From the NCBI RefSeq assembly GCF_902713615.1, contig NC_052158.1, positions 39,361,729-39,425,728 of the forward strand: a stretch of 64,000 bases of DNA. Reading direction: 5' to 3'. Numbering within the stretch: the first letter of the stretch is position 1; every line of letters starts with the position of its first letter. This DNA is from Scyliorhinus canicula (Eukaryota). The position numbers and the translations under genes were made by a program. Below, piece by piece: positions 1 through 12,194 of this stretch. The notes beneath the pieces were generated by a model. It was given only the letters and a program-made list of their open reading frames with translations. It did not search any database and was not told the origin of the DNA.

Positions 1-3000
1 GGTTAGTGATAGACCGGGTGTGTCCCAGGTTACTGTTCCAGGTTAGTGATAGACTGCGTGTGTCCCAGGTTACTGTTCCAGGTTAGTGATAGACCGGGTC
101 TGTCCCAGGTTACTGTTCCAGGTTAGTGATAGACCGGGTGTGTCCCAGGTTACTGTTCCAGGTTAGTGATAGACTGGGTGTGTCCCAGGTTACTGTTCCA
201 GGTTAGTGATAGACCGGGTGTGTCCCAGGTTACTGTTCCAGGTTAGTGATAGACTGGGTGTGTCCCAGGTTACTGTTCCAGGTTAGTGATAGACCGGGTG
301 TGTCCCAGGTTACTGTTCCAGGTTAGTGATAGACCGGGTGTGTCCCAGGTTACTGTTCCAGGTTAGTGACTAGACCAGGGTGTGTCCCAGGTTACTGTTC
401 CAGGTTAGTGATAGACCGGGTTGTCCCAGGTTACTGTTCCAGGTTAGTGATAGACCGGGTGTGTCCCAGGTTACTGTTCCAGGTTAGTGATAGACGGGTG
501 TGTCCCAGGTTACTGTTCCAGGTTAGTGATAGACCGGGTGTGTCCCAGGTTACTGTTCCAGGTTAGTGATAGACCGGGTGTGTCCCAGGTTACTGTTCCA
601 GGTTAGTGATAGACCGGGTGTGTCCCAGGTTACTGTTCCAGGTTAGTGATAGACTGGGTGTGTCCCAGGTTACTGTTCCAGGTTAGTGATAGACTGGGTG
701 TGTCCCAGGTTACTGTTCCAGGTTAGTGATAGACTGGGTGTGTCCAGGTTACTGTTCCAGGTTAGTGATAGACCTGGGTGTGTCCCAGGTTACTGTTCCA
801 GGTTAGTGATAGACTGGGTGTGTCCCAGGTTACTGTTCCAGGTTAGTGATAGACCTGGTGTGTCCCAGGTTACTGTTCCAGGTTAGTGATAGACTGGGTG
901 TGTCCCAGGTTACTGTTCCAGGTTAGTGATAGACCAGGTGTGTCCCAGGTTACTGTTCCAGGTTAGTGATAGACCAGGTGTGTCCCAGGTTACTGTTCCA
1001 GGTTAGTGATAGACCGGGTGTGTCCCAGGTTACTGTTCCAGGTTAGTGATAGACCGTGTATGTCCCAGGTTACTGTTCCAGGTTAGTGACAGACCGGGTA
1101 TGTCCCAGGTTACTGTTCCAGGTTAGTGATAGACCGGGTGTGTCCCAGGTTACTGTTCCAGGTTAGTGAGAGACCGGGTATGTCCCAGGTTACTGTTCCA
1201 GGTTAGTGATAGACTGGGTGTGTCCCAGGTTACTGTTCCAGGTTAGTGATAGACCGGGTGTGTCCCAGGTTACTGTTCCAGGTTAGTGATAGACTGGGTG
1301 TGTCCCAGGTTACTGTTCCAGGTTAGTGATAGACCGGGTGTGTCCCAGGTTACTGTTCCAGGTTAGTGATAGACCGGGTGTGTCCCAGGTCACTGTTCCA
1401 GGTTAGTGATAGGCCGGCTGTGTTCCAGGTTACTGTTCCAGGTTAGTGACAGACCAGGTGTGTCCCAGGTTACTGTTCCAGGTTAGTGATAGACCTGGTG
1501 TGTCCCAGGTTACTGTTCCAGGTTAGTGACAGACCGGGTGTGTACCAGGTTACTGTTCCAGGTTAGTGATAGACCGGGTATGTCCCAGGTTACTGTTCCA
1601 GTTTACTGTTCCAGGTTAGTGACCCAGGTTACTGTTCCAGGTTAGTGATAGACTGGGTCTGTCCCAGGTTACTGTTCCAGGTTAGTGACAGACCGGGTGT
1701 GTCCCAGGTCACTGTTCCAGGTTAGTAACGGACTGGGTGTGTCCCAGGTTACTGTTCCAGGTTAGTGACAGACCGGGTGTGTCCCAGGTTACTGTTCCAG
1801 GTTAGTGATAGACTGGGTCTGTCCCAGGTTACTGTTCCAGGTTAGTGACAGACCGGGTGTGTCCCAGGTTACTGTTCCAGGTTAGTGATAGACTGGGTGT
1901 GTCCCAGGTTACTGTTCCAGGTTAGTGATAGACTGGGTGTGTCCCAGGTTACTGTTCCAGGTTTGTGATAGACTGGGTGTGTTCCAGGTTACTGTTCCTG
2001 GTTAGTAACAGACTGGGTGTGTCCCAGGTTACTGTTCCAGGTTAGTGATAGACTGCGTGTGTCCCAGGTTACTGTTCCAGGTTAGTGACAGACCGGGTGT
2101 GTCCCAGGTCACTGTTCCAGGTTAGTGATAGACTGGGTGTGTCCCAGGTTACTGTTCCAGGTTAGTGATAGACCAGGTCTGTCCCAGGTTACTGTTCCAG
2201 GTTAGTGATGGACCAGGTGTGTCCCAGGTCACTGTTCCAGGTTAGTGAGAGACCGGTTGTGTCCCAGGTTACTGTTCCAGGTTAGTGACAGACCGGGTAT
2301 GTCCCAGGTTACTGTTCCAGGTTAGTGACAGACCGGGTATGTCCCAGGTTACTGTTCCAGGTTAGTGAGAGACCGGGTGTGTCCCAGGTTACTGTTCCAG
2401 GTTAGTGAGAGACCGGGTATGTCCCAGGTTACTGTTCCAGGTTAGTGATAGACTGGGTGTGTCCCAGGTTACTGTTCCAGGTTAGTGATGGACCGGGTGT
2501 GTCCCAGGTTACTGTTCCAGGTTAGTGATAGGCTGGGTGTGTCCCAGGTTACTGTTCCAGGTTAGTGATAGACCGGGTGTGTCCCAGGTTACTGTTCCAG
2601 GTTAGTGACAGACCGGGTGTGTCCCAGGTCACTGTTCCAGGTTAGTGATAGGCCGGCTGTGTTCCAGGTTACTGTTCCAGGTTAGTGACAGACCAGGTGT
2701 GTCCCAGGTTACTGTTCCAGGTTAGTGATAGACCTGGTGTGTCCCAGGTTACTGTTCCAGGTTAGTGATAGACCGGGCATGTCCCAGGTTACTGTTCCAG
2801 GTTAGTGATAGACTGGGTGTGTCCCAGGTTACTGTTACAGGTTAGTGATAGACCGGGTGTGTCCCAGGTTACTGTTCCAGGTTAGTGACAGACCGGGTGT
2901 GTCCCAGGTTACTGTTCCAGGTTAGTGACAGACCGGGTGTGTCCCAGGTTACTGTTGCAGGTTAGTGATAGACAGGGTGTGTCCCAGGTTACTGTTCCAG

Positions 3001-3080
3001 GTTAGTGACAGACCGAGTGTGTCCCAGGTTGCTGTTCCAGGTTAGTAACAGACCGGGTGTGTCCCAGGTTACTGTTGCAG
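1..3080 (+). repeat. 40-bp minisatellite (GGTTAGTGATAGACCGGGTGTGTCCCAGGTTACTGTTCCA), ~77 units, upstream of gene 1 alpha1 exon (probably intron 1); runs off the window edge
   Basis: Direct 40-bp periodicity; reverse-complement array at 59255-62625. Confidence 0.98.
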
Positions 3081-3439
3081 GTTGGTGATATTCTGTTTGA
3101 CACTCTAACCCCTGGATTATGTCCCAGAATCTCCCCCGTGTCCACACTGACTCCATCGGGTATCTGAGTGACTGATTCTGTGTTTACTCCTGTTCTGAGA
3201 GGCTGCAGCATCTAATTGTGACCCAGTTTAATCTGATTCTGTTTCAATATCAGACAGGATTCTGACATTGTGATAAAGTGGTGGATTATTGGACATTGTC
3301 ACAGTGTGGATGTGCCGCACTTTGATCAGGTTCTGGGTGTTTATTAACCTTTCACATTAAAATTGTTTAATCTATAACCAGAAATCCATGATAAACTGAT
3401 CAGTTTTAGCAGCGTCTGATGATGGGAGTGACAGTTCAC

Positions 3440-3770
3440 AGCTGGGATTTTCTAATTGGACAGATTCTCTGTGTTGGAGCCAAAACTTCCCAGCCGGAAA
3501 ATCCCGGTCATCCTGAGAGCCGTATGGATACCAAATGTTCCCGCTGTTTCTCTCCACCCAGATACTGCCAGTCCTGCTGTGTTTCCAGAAGTTTCTGTTT
3601 CTAACTCAGGATTACGGCCTCTGCACAATACCACTTTTAACTCTCGTCATTCAGTTATTTTACAGACACATTGACAGTGATCTTCACTGTATTTGGGATA
3701 TTCCTGAGATTTCTGGTATTATTCTGGTTCGTGAAGAACAGCCACATTATTCTGATGATCCGATTGTTGT
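3440..3770 (+). pseudogene. Degenerate class I promoter/leader/alpha1-start relic
   Basis: kB-like GGGATTTTCT (3444) and GGAAAATCCC (3496), ATTGG (3455); ATG 3535 MFPLFLS..LCF resembles gene 2 leader MFLILFSISLCF but has no good GT donor; ttttacag acceptor at 3665 then DTLTVIFTVFGI / frameshift / PEISGIILVREEQPHYSD aligning to the alpha1 start. Confidence 0.5.
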
Positions 3771-3804
3771 TTATTAAACATTGGTGTTAACTGTTTCTTT
3801 ACAG

Positions 3805-4065
3805 ACACCAACATACACACTGTGATATACACAGCAGTCTCTGGGATTGAAGATTTTCCTGAGGTGATCAGCATTGCAATGGTCAATGGTGTCCAAATAG
3901 GTTACAGGGACAGTAATATCCATCGCTGTATTCCCAGACAGCAGTTCATGGCTGATTATTTCGATATGACACACTGGGACTATATTACAGATCTGGTGAT
4001 GAAGGATTCAAATCGAGTGAAGGAAAATCTGGATACGATATTGAAGAACACAAACCAGACACACG
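3805..4065 (+). CDS. Non-classical MHC class I gene 1, alpha1 exon (87 codons)
   Basis: tttacag / G-gtaag, phase 1; DTNIHTVIYTAVSGIEDFPEV...HWD...NTNQTH with conserved W60, D37-S38, P47-R48 and N86 NQT glycosylation site. Confidence 0.95.
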
Positions 4066-4129
4066 GTAAGATCAGGCAGATAGAAACTCTGTTTCGATTG
4101 ACTCCAATAGACACCATCCTTGGAGATAA

Positions 4130-7100
4130 TTCAGCCCATCTCCCAGCACTGACCCCTGGGACACGGCACTCAGTCCATCTCCCAGGACTGACCCCTGGAA
4201 CACTGCACTCAGTCCCCCAGCACTGACCCCTGGGACACTGCACTCAGTCCCCCTGCACTGACCCCTGGGACACTGCACTCAGTCCATCTCCCAGGACTGA
4301 CCCCTGGGACACTGCACTCAGTCCATCTCCCAGGACTGACCCCTGGGACACTGCACTCAGTCCCCCAGCACTGACCCCTGGGACACTGCACTCAGTCCCC
4401 CAGCACTGACCCCTGGGACACTGCACTCAGTCCATCTCCCAGGACTGACCCCTGGGACACTGCACTCAGTCCATCTCCCAGGACTGACCCCTGGGACACT
4501 GCACTCAGTCCCCCAGCACTGACCCCTGGGACACTGCACTCAGTCCATCTCCCAGCACTGACCCCTGGGAAACTGTACTCAGTCCATCCACCAGCACTGA
4601 CCGCTGGGACACTGCACTCAGTCCCCCAGCACTCAACCCTGGGACACTGCACTCAGTCCCCCAGCACTGACCCCTGGGACACTGCATTCAGTCCATCTCC
4701 CAGCACTGACCCCTGGGACACTGCACTCAATCCATCTCCCAGCACTGACCCCTGGGACACTGCACTCAGTCCATTTCCCAGCACTGACCCCTGGGACACT
4801 GCACTCAGTCCACCAGCCCTGACCCCTGGGACACTGCACTCAGTCCCCCAGCACTGACCCCTGGGACACTGCACTCAGTCCCCCAGCACTGACCCCTGGG
4901 ACACTGCACTCAGTCCCCCAGCACTGACCCCTGAGACACTGCACTCAGTCCATCCCCCAGCACTGACCCCTGGGACACTGCACTCAGTCCCCCAGCACTG
5001 ACCCCTGGGACACTGCACTCAGTCCCCCAGCACTGACCCCTGGGACACTGCACTCAGTCCCCCAGCACTGACCCCTGAGACACTGCACTCAGTCCATCCC
5101 CCAGCACTGACCCCTGGGACACTGCACTCAGTCCCCCAGCACTGACCCCTGGGACACTGCACTCAGTCCATCACCCAGCACTGCCCCCTGGGACACTGCA
5201 CTCAGTCCCCCAGCAATGACCCCTGGGACACTGCACTCAGTCCCCCAGCACTGACCACTGGGGCACTGCACTCATTCCCTCAGCACTGACCCCTGGGACA
5301 CTGCACTCAGTCCATCTCCCAGCACTGACCCCTGGGACACTGCACTCTGTCCCCCAGCACTGACCCCTGGGACACTGCACTCAGTCCATCCCCAGCACTG
5401 ACCCCTGGGACACTGCACTCAGTCCCCCAGCACTGACCCCTGGGACACTGCACTCAGTCCCCCAGCACTGACCCCTGGGACACTGCACTCAGTCCCCCAG
5501 CACTGACCCCTGGGACACTGCACTCAGTCCCCCAGCACTGACCCCTGGGACACTGCACTCAGTCCTCCCAGCACTGACCCCTGGGACACTGCACTCAGTC
5601 CCCCAGCACTGACCCCTGGGACACTGCACTCAGTCCTCCCAGCACTGACCCCTGGGACACTGCACTCAGTCCCCCAGCACTGACCCCTGGGACACTGCAC
5701 TCAGTCCATCCCCAGCACTGACCCCTGGGACACTGCACTCAGTCCCCCAGCACTGACCCCTGGGACACTGCACTCAGTCCTCCCAGCACTGACCCCTGGG
5801 ACACTGCACTCAGTCCCCCAGCACTGACCCCTGGGACACTGCACTCAGTCCCCCAGCACTGACCCCTGGGACACTGCACTCAGTCCCCCCAGCACTGACC
5901 CCTGGGACACTGCACTCAGTCCATCCCCAGCACTGACCCCTGGGACACTGCACTCAGTCCATCCCAGCACTGACCCCTGGGACACTGCACTCAGTCCCCC
6001 AGCACTGACCCCTGGGACACTGCACTCAGTCCCCCAGCACTGACCCCTGGGACACTGCACTCAGTCCCCCAGCACTGACCCCTGGGACACTGCACTCAGT
6101 CCCCCAGCACTGACCCCTGGGACACTGCACTCAGTCCCCCAGCACTGACCCCTGGGACACTGCACTCAGTCCCCCAGCACTGACCCCTGGGACACTGCAC
6201 TCAGTCCCCCAGCACTGACCCCTGGGACACTGCACTCAGTCCCCCAGCACTGACCCCTGGGACACTGCACTCAGTCCCCCAGCACTGACCCCTGGGACAC
6301 TGCACTCAGTCCCCCAGCACTGACCCCTGGGACACTGCACTCAGTCCCCCAGCACTGACCCCTGGGACACTGCACTCAGTCCCCCAGCACTGACCCCTGG
6401 GACACTGCACTCAGTCCCCCAGCACTGACCCCTGGGACACTGCACTCAGTCCCCCAGCACTGACCCCTGGGACACTGCACTCAGTCCCCCAGCACTGACC
6501 CCTGGGACACTGCACTCAGTCCCCCAGCACTGACCCCTGGGACACTGCACTCAGTCCCCCAGCACTGACCCCTGGGACACTGCACTCAGTCCCCCAGCAC
6601 TGACCCCTGGGACACTGCACTCAGTCCCCCAGCACTGACCCCTGGGACACTGCACTCAGTCCCCCCAGCACTGACCCCTGGGACACTGCACTCAGTCCCC
6701 CAGCACTGACCCCTGGGACACTGCACTCAGTCTCCCCAGCACTGACCCCTGGGACACTGCACTCAGTCCCCCAGCACTGACCCCTGGGACACTGCACTCA
6801 GTCCATCCCAGCACTGACCCCTGGGACACTGCACTCAGTCCCCCAGCACTGACCCCTGGGACACTGCACTCAGTCCCCCAGCACTGACCCCTGGGACACT
6901 GCACTCAGTCCTCCCAGCACTGACCCCTGAGGACACTGCACTCATGTCCCCCAGCACTGACCCCTGGGACACTGCACTCAGTCCCCCAGCACTGACCCCT
7001 GGGACACTGCACTCAGTCCCCCAGCACTGACCCCTGGGACACTGCACTCAGTCCCCCAGCACTGACCCCTGGGACACTGCACTCAGTCCCCCAGCACTGA

Positions 7101-9272
7101 CCCCTGGGACACTGCACTCAGTCCCCCAGCACTGACCCCTGGGACACTGCACTCAGTCCCCCAGCACTGACCCCTGGGACACTGCACTCAGTCCCCCAGC
7201 ACTGACCCCTGGGACACTGCACTCAGTCCCCCAGCACTGACCCCTGGGACACTGCACTCAGTCCCCCAGCACTGACCCCTGGGACACTGCACTCAGTCCC
7301 CCAGCACTGACCCCTGGGACACTGCACTCAGTCCCCCCAGCACTGACCCCTGGGACACTGCACTCAGTCCCCCAGCACTGACCCCTGGGACACTGCACTC
7401 AGTCCCCCAGCACTGACCCCTGGGACACTGCACTCAGTCCCCCAGCACTGACCCCTGGGACACTGCACTCAGTCCCCCAGCACTGACCCCTGGGACACTG
7501 CACTCAGTCCCCCAGCACTGACCCCTGGGACACTGCACTCAGTCCCCCAGCACTGACCCCTGGGACACTGCACTCAGTCCCCCAGCACTGACCCCAGGGA
7601 CACTGCACTCAGTCCCCCAGCACTGACCCCTGGGACACTGCACTCAGTCCCCCAGCACTGACCCCTGGGACACTGCACTCAGTCCATCTCCCAGCACTGA
7701 CCCCTGGGACACTGCACTAAGTCCATCCCCCAGCACTGACCCTCTGGGACACTGCACTCAGTCCTTCTCCCAGCACTGACCCCTGGGACACTGCACTCAG
7801 TCCATCTCCCAGCACTGACCCCTGGGACAATGCACTCAGTCCCCCAGCACTGACCCCTGGGACACTGCACTCAGTCCCCCAGCACTGACCCCTGGGACAC
7901 TGCACAGTCCCCCAGCACTGACCCCTGGGACACTGCATTCTGTCCATCCCCCAGCACTGACCCCTGGGACACTGCACTCAGTCCCCCAGCACTGACCCCT
8001 GGGATACTGCATTCAGTCCATCCACCAGCACTGACCCCTGGGACACTGCACTCAGTCCATCCACCAGCACTGACCCTTGGGACACTGCACTCAGTCCATC
8101 CCCCAGCACTGACCCCTGGGACACTGCACTCAGTCCATCCACCAGCACTGACCCTTGGGACACTGCACTCAGTCCATCCCCCAGCACTGACCCCTGGGAC
8201 ACTGCATTCAGTCTATCTCCCAGCACTGACCCCTGGGACACTGCACTCAGTCCCCCAGCACTGACCCCTGGGACACTGCACTCAGTCCCCCAGCACTGAC
8301 CCCTGGGACACTGCACTCAGTCCACCAGCCCTGACCCCTGGGACACTGCACTCAGTCCCCCAGCACTGACCCCTGGGACACTGCACTCAGTCCCCCAGCA
8401 CTGACCCCTGGGACACTGCACAGTCTCCCAGCACTGACCCCTGGGACACTGCACTCAGTCCATCTCCCAGCACTGACCCCTGGGACACTGCACTCAGTCC
8501 CCCAGCACTGACCCCTGGGACACTGCACAGTCTCCCAGCACTGACCCCTGGGACACTGCATTCAGTCTATCTCCCAGCACTGACCCCTGGGACACTGCAC
8601 TCAGTCCGCCAGCACTGACCCCTGGGACACTGCACTCAGTCCCCCAGCACTGACCCCTGGGACACTGCACTCAGTCCATCCCCCAGCACTGACCCCTGGG
8701 TCACTGCACTCAGTCCATCCGCCAGCACTGACCCCTGGGACACTGCACTCAGTCCCCCAGCACTGACCCCTGGGACATTGCACTCAGTCCATCTCCCAGC
8801 ACTGACCCCTGGGTCAATGCATTCAGTCTCCCAGCACTGACCCCTGGGACACTGCACTCAGTCCCCCAGCACTGACCCCTGGGACACTGCACACAGCCCC
8901 CAGCACTGACCCCTGGGACACTGCACTCTGTCCCCCAGCACTGACCCCTGGGACACTGCACTCACCCCCCCAGCACTGACCCCTGGGACACTGCACTCAG
9001 TCCATCCCCCAGCACTGACCCCTGGGACACAGCACTCAGTCCCCCAGCACTGACCCCTGGGACACTGCATTCAATCCATCTCCCAGCACTGACCCCTGGG
9101 ACACTGCACTCAGTCCCCCAGCACTGACCCCTGGGACACTGCACTCAGTCCCCCAGCACTGACCCCTGGGACACTGCACTCAGTCCCCCAGCACTGACCC
9201 CTGGGACACTGCACTCAGTCCCCCAGCACTGACCCCTGGGACACTGCACTCAGTCCCCCCGCACTGACCCCT
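4130..9272 (+). repeat. 35/39-bp minisatellite (CCCAGCACTGACCCCTGGGACACTGCACTCAGTCC), ~5.1 kb, intron 2 of gene 1
   Basis: Direct periodicity; nearly pure 35-mer core ~6000-7680, variant 39-mers at both flanks. Confidence 0.97.
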
Positions 9273-9859
9273 AGTCCCTGTATTGTGTCCATCTCTCAGC
9301 AGAGACATTGTTGTAAATTCCTCATCGGTGGGCACCTGAACCACTGGTCCCCGGGACCCGGAATCATGTTCGTGGATATTACAAATGGTCTCAACAAATG
9401 TGAGTCTGACGTTGTGACACTTGCGTTGGGCCAAGGGGGAGGATAAAAGCTTCAGCGCGTCACCCCAAAAGTCCAGCCGACGACCACCTTCCCCCCTGCC
9501 CCACCCCCCACCCCCCACATTACACTCATCCTCGACCAGACCCACCCCCTGCCCCACATAGAGACCACTTAAATGAAGGGACCCCCGCCCTCCCAGAGAC
9601 CCATAATTGAAGGATCCCCCTCCAGAAAGCCCCTTATCTAGAGGCCCCACCCACAGGGATTCCTAGACTAAAGGGAACCCCCCACACATATCCCCCCTCC
9701 CTAGAAAAGAGACACCTGTCTGGAGGCTAGAGATCTGTTCAGACAGGGGAAATGAAAACAATTCGAGTTGTAACGCTTACCTGGAGGCTCCCCGTGTCCT
9801 TTACTGGAAATTGAACTGTCCACTGAAGATCCACAGTGGGTTATCGCTGGTCAGCACGT

Positions 9860-10780
9860 AGCTAGACACAGGGCCTACAGACGGTATTTGTCATTTCTGC
9901 AGGTGATCCAGATACAGTGTCACCGGAGACTGTGCGTGTTCAGGGAAAAGTCGTTCACATCTGTCGCCTGCTGCAGGATGTGGCACCATGGGGCTCTGGA
10001 GGGTATCCACTGCAATGTCTGTGACGGTGACCAGAGCGTTCAATTTTTACACCTGTAGCTCTTTCCAGGACTCTACAGGTGACCGTGTGGGATCTCACAA
10101 ACCAGCACACACACGTCTGCCCAGGAGGGACATGGTCTATACGAGGGGACACAGCTATGTGTGCTTCGACCAGGGTCAGACAAGTCAGGAAGCAAGAGCA
10201 ATGGGGTTTACGCAGATCTCTGACTTTCCACAGGTGCAAGGTGTCATTGACTGCATCACGTTGTGTTCACATCTCCGGGGCAACAAGCTGTCCAGTGTGT
10301 GAACCACAAGATTTTCGACTGGCTGAAATTTCAGCTGGTCTGAAATCACACCCAGGTATCCTCCAGGTGTGTGCTCAATTCCCAGGGAGTGTGAATGACT
10401 CCGACATTGTGAGCCGCTCTCAGATCCCTGTCAGGTTTCAGGGTTCACAGGGGCTCCATGGTTTGCTACTTGGGGACAAGGACTACCCACTGAGGAGGTG
10501 GCTGATGATGCCTGTGTGGAGGCCACGCAGAGTACAGCTGAGACGAGATATATTGTGGTTCATGCTGCCTCTCGCTCTTTGATGGAGCAGGTCATTGGGA
10601 TGCTGCAGGTGAGGTACCGTGGCCTGGATCGTTCTGGTGGGGTCCTGCAGTACAATCCACAGACCGTTTCAGGCATTGTGGCCGCCTCCTGGGCCCTGCA
10701 CAACCTGGCTCTGCAATGGGGGGCGGAAGTGCCTGAGAGGAAATGGAGGAGAGTCACATTACTCTGATGTGAAAGATGTT
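9860..10780 (+). mobile_element. Decayed PIF/Harbinger transposase (HARBI1-like DDE nuclease)
   Basis: Frameshifted motifs FNFYTCSSFQ, FPQVQGVID, FPGSVND, LLGDKDYPLRRWLMMP, LDRSGGVLQY..ALHN. Confidence 0.85.
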
Positions 10781-11624
10781 GAAGGGATGAGGGAGAGGAT
10801 GTTGGCCATAAAGCAATCGTGATGTTCAGACATACTTGGGACACACTCATAACCATTAGACATGTGCAGGATGATGACAACAGGAGTGAGAACACTCAAT
10901 AGATCCTAACATCTGTGAGCGTTAGTCCTGTCTGACTGACAGCAGTGCACACTGTCTGTGATACTGCTCCTGTGAAGGGGACACACCGGATAAGCGCATT
11001 CCCTACATTCCAGAAGGATGATGATGGCATACATTGGGAACACTCCATAGATCCTCAAAGAGCTCCTGTGAATATCTGACTCCTGACTGGCTGATGGCAG
11101 CTCGCTAATTCTCTGTGACCAGGGTTATCTCATAGTGAAGCAGGGGGAAAGTTTCACTCCTCCTGATCCTATGGCATCCTTCGTGGACTGCACTCCTGAA
11201 AACCCCGGTGTCGCTGGAGACACTCTAGGGTTGGGGATGGTGATGGGGTGAGGGGGAGGGGGGATGGAGAGGTGGCGGCGGGAGGGCCTGGTCAGGGGTG
11301 CCCACACCTCAAAGGTGCCGAGAGCATACGGGGAGAATGTCTGAACTCTGTGACAGCAGCCCAGGACTTTCTGGCAGTAATGATAATTCCCAGCGAGATG
11401 CAGATATGACACTTGTGTCCAGTCACTATGAAGGTGCAACATCAATGTGCTGGGAGGGTTGTACACAGCACAGAGAGGAGGCCCTGGATTGAGATACCTG
11501 CCTTTATTTTGTGTAGGAACTAAGATTTCATGGGGGGATTAAGATGTGCATGGGAGAGCGAGTGGTAGCAGTGAGTGAGATCTCTGTGTGATGGGTGTGT
11601 GTGTGTGAGAATTCCAAGTGAAGG

Positions 11625-11930
11625 ATGACTTACACGAGCAGAACGGAGGAGATTGTTCATCCTCTTTCATTAGTGGATGTCTGTACTCTAATAGAGTGCA
11701 TTGGCACTGACGCGCCCTACCATCCCCTCCCCTACTGGATTAATGACCTTGTTGGCGGGTCTTCGCCCTGACGCGGGTAGAGGAGTTCCCAGTGGGTCTC
11801 TACAATGCTCAGAAGGCATGAGGGAGGCGTCGCTAAATTTGGGGGCAGCATGTTCCTCCCATTGCCAGCCGCAATGTTCCAGCAGCTTCCTCTCCCATAG
11901 GGAGAGAGCTCTGAGCGGGAGCACCATTTC
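11625..11930 (-). mobile_element. Decayed Myb/SANT-like ORF of the same Harbinger element (convergent to the transposase)
   Basis: AAPKFSDASL...GRRP...RVSA..., then across stops KRMNNLLRSAR followed by gtaag. Confidence 0.7.
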
Positions 11931-12194
11931 AATATGGCGTGAGGTTTACTGAAGGCCTCAGATGATGATGGGCAGGAGAAGCTGAGCGGGCCCACAAGTG
12001 ATCCATGCGGGCCCACATGGATGAATAATTAATGAGGTGGCAATGGGATCATACAGCAGGAAAAGTGGCTGAAGGGTAAAATATCCTTTGTGAAATCTGG
12101 GATGTTTCAGACACCTTCCCCTCTGATCAGAACGTTTGTGATTGTCTATTAACTATTCCGTATTGATTATTGATCCCTGTTTGGTCACTGTCAG

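Noticed and set aside
366-9144. Many short ORFs (CPRLLFQV.., MQCPRGQCWG..) and a CRISPR-like look
   Set aside because: Translations of 40-mer and 35-mer minisatellites; no unique spacers, no cas genes, vertebrate context.
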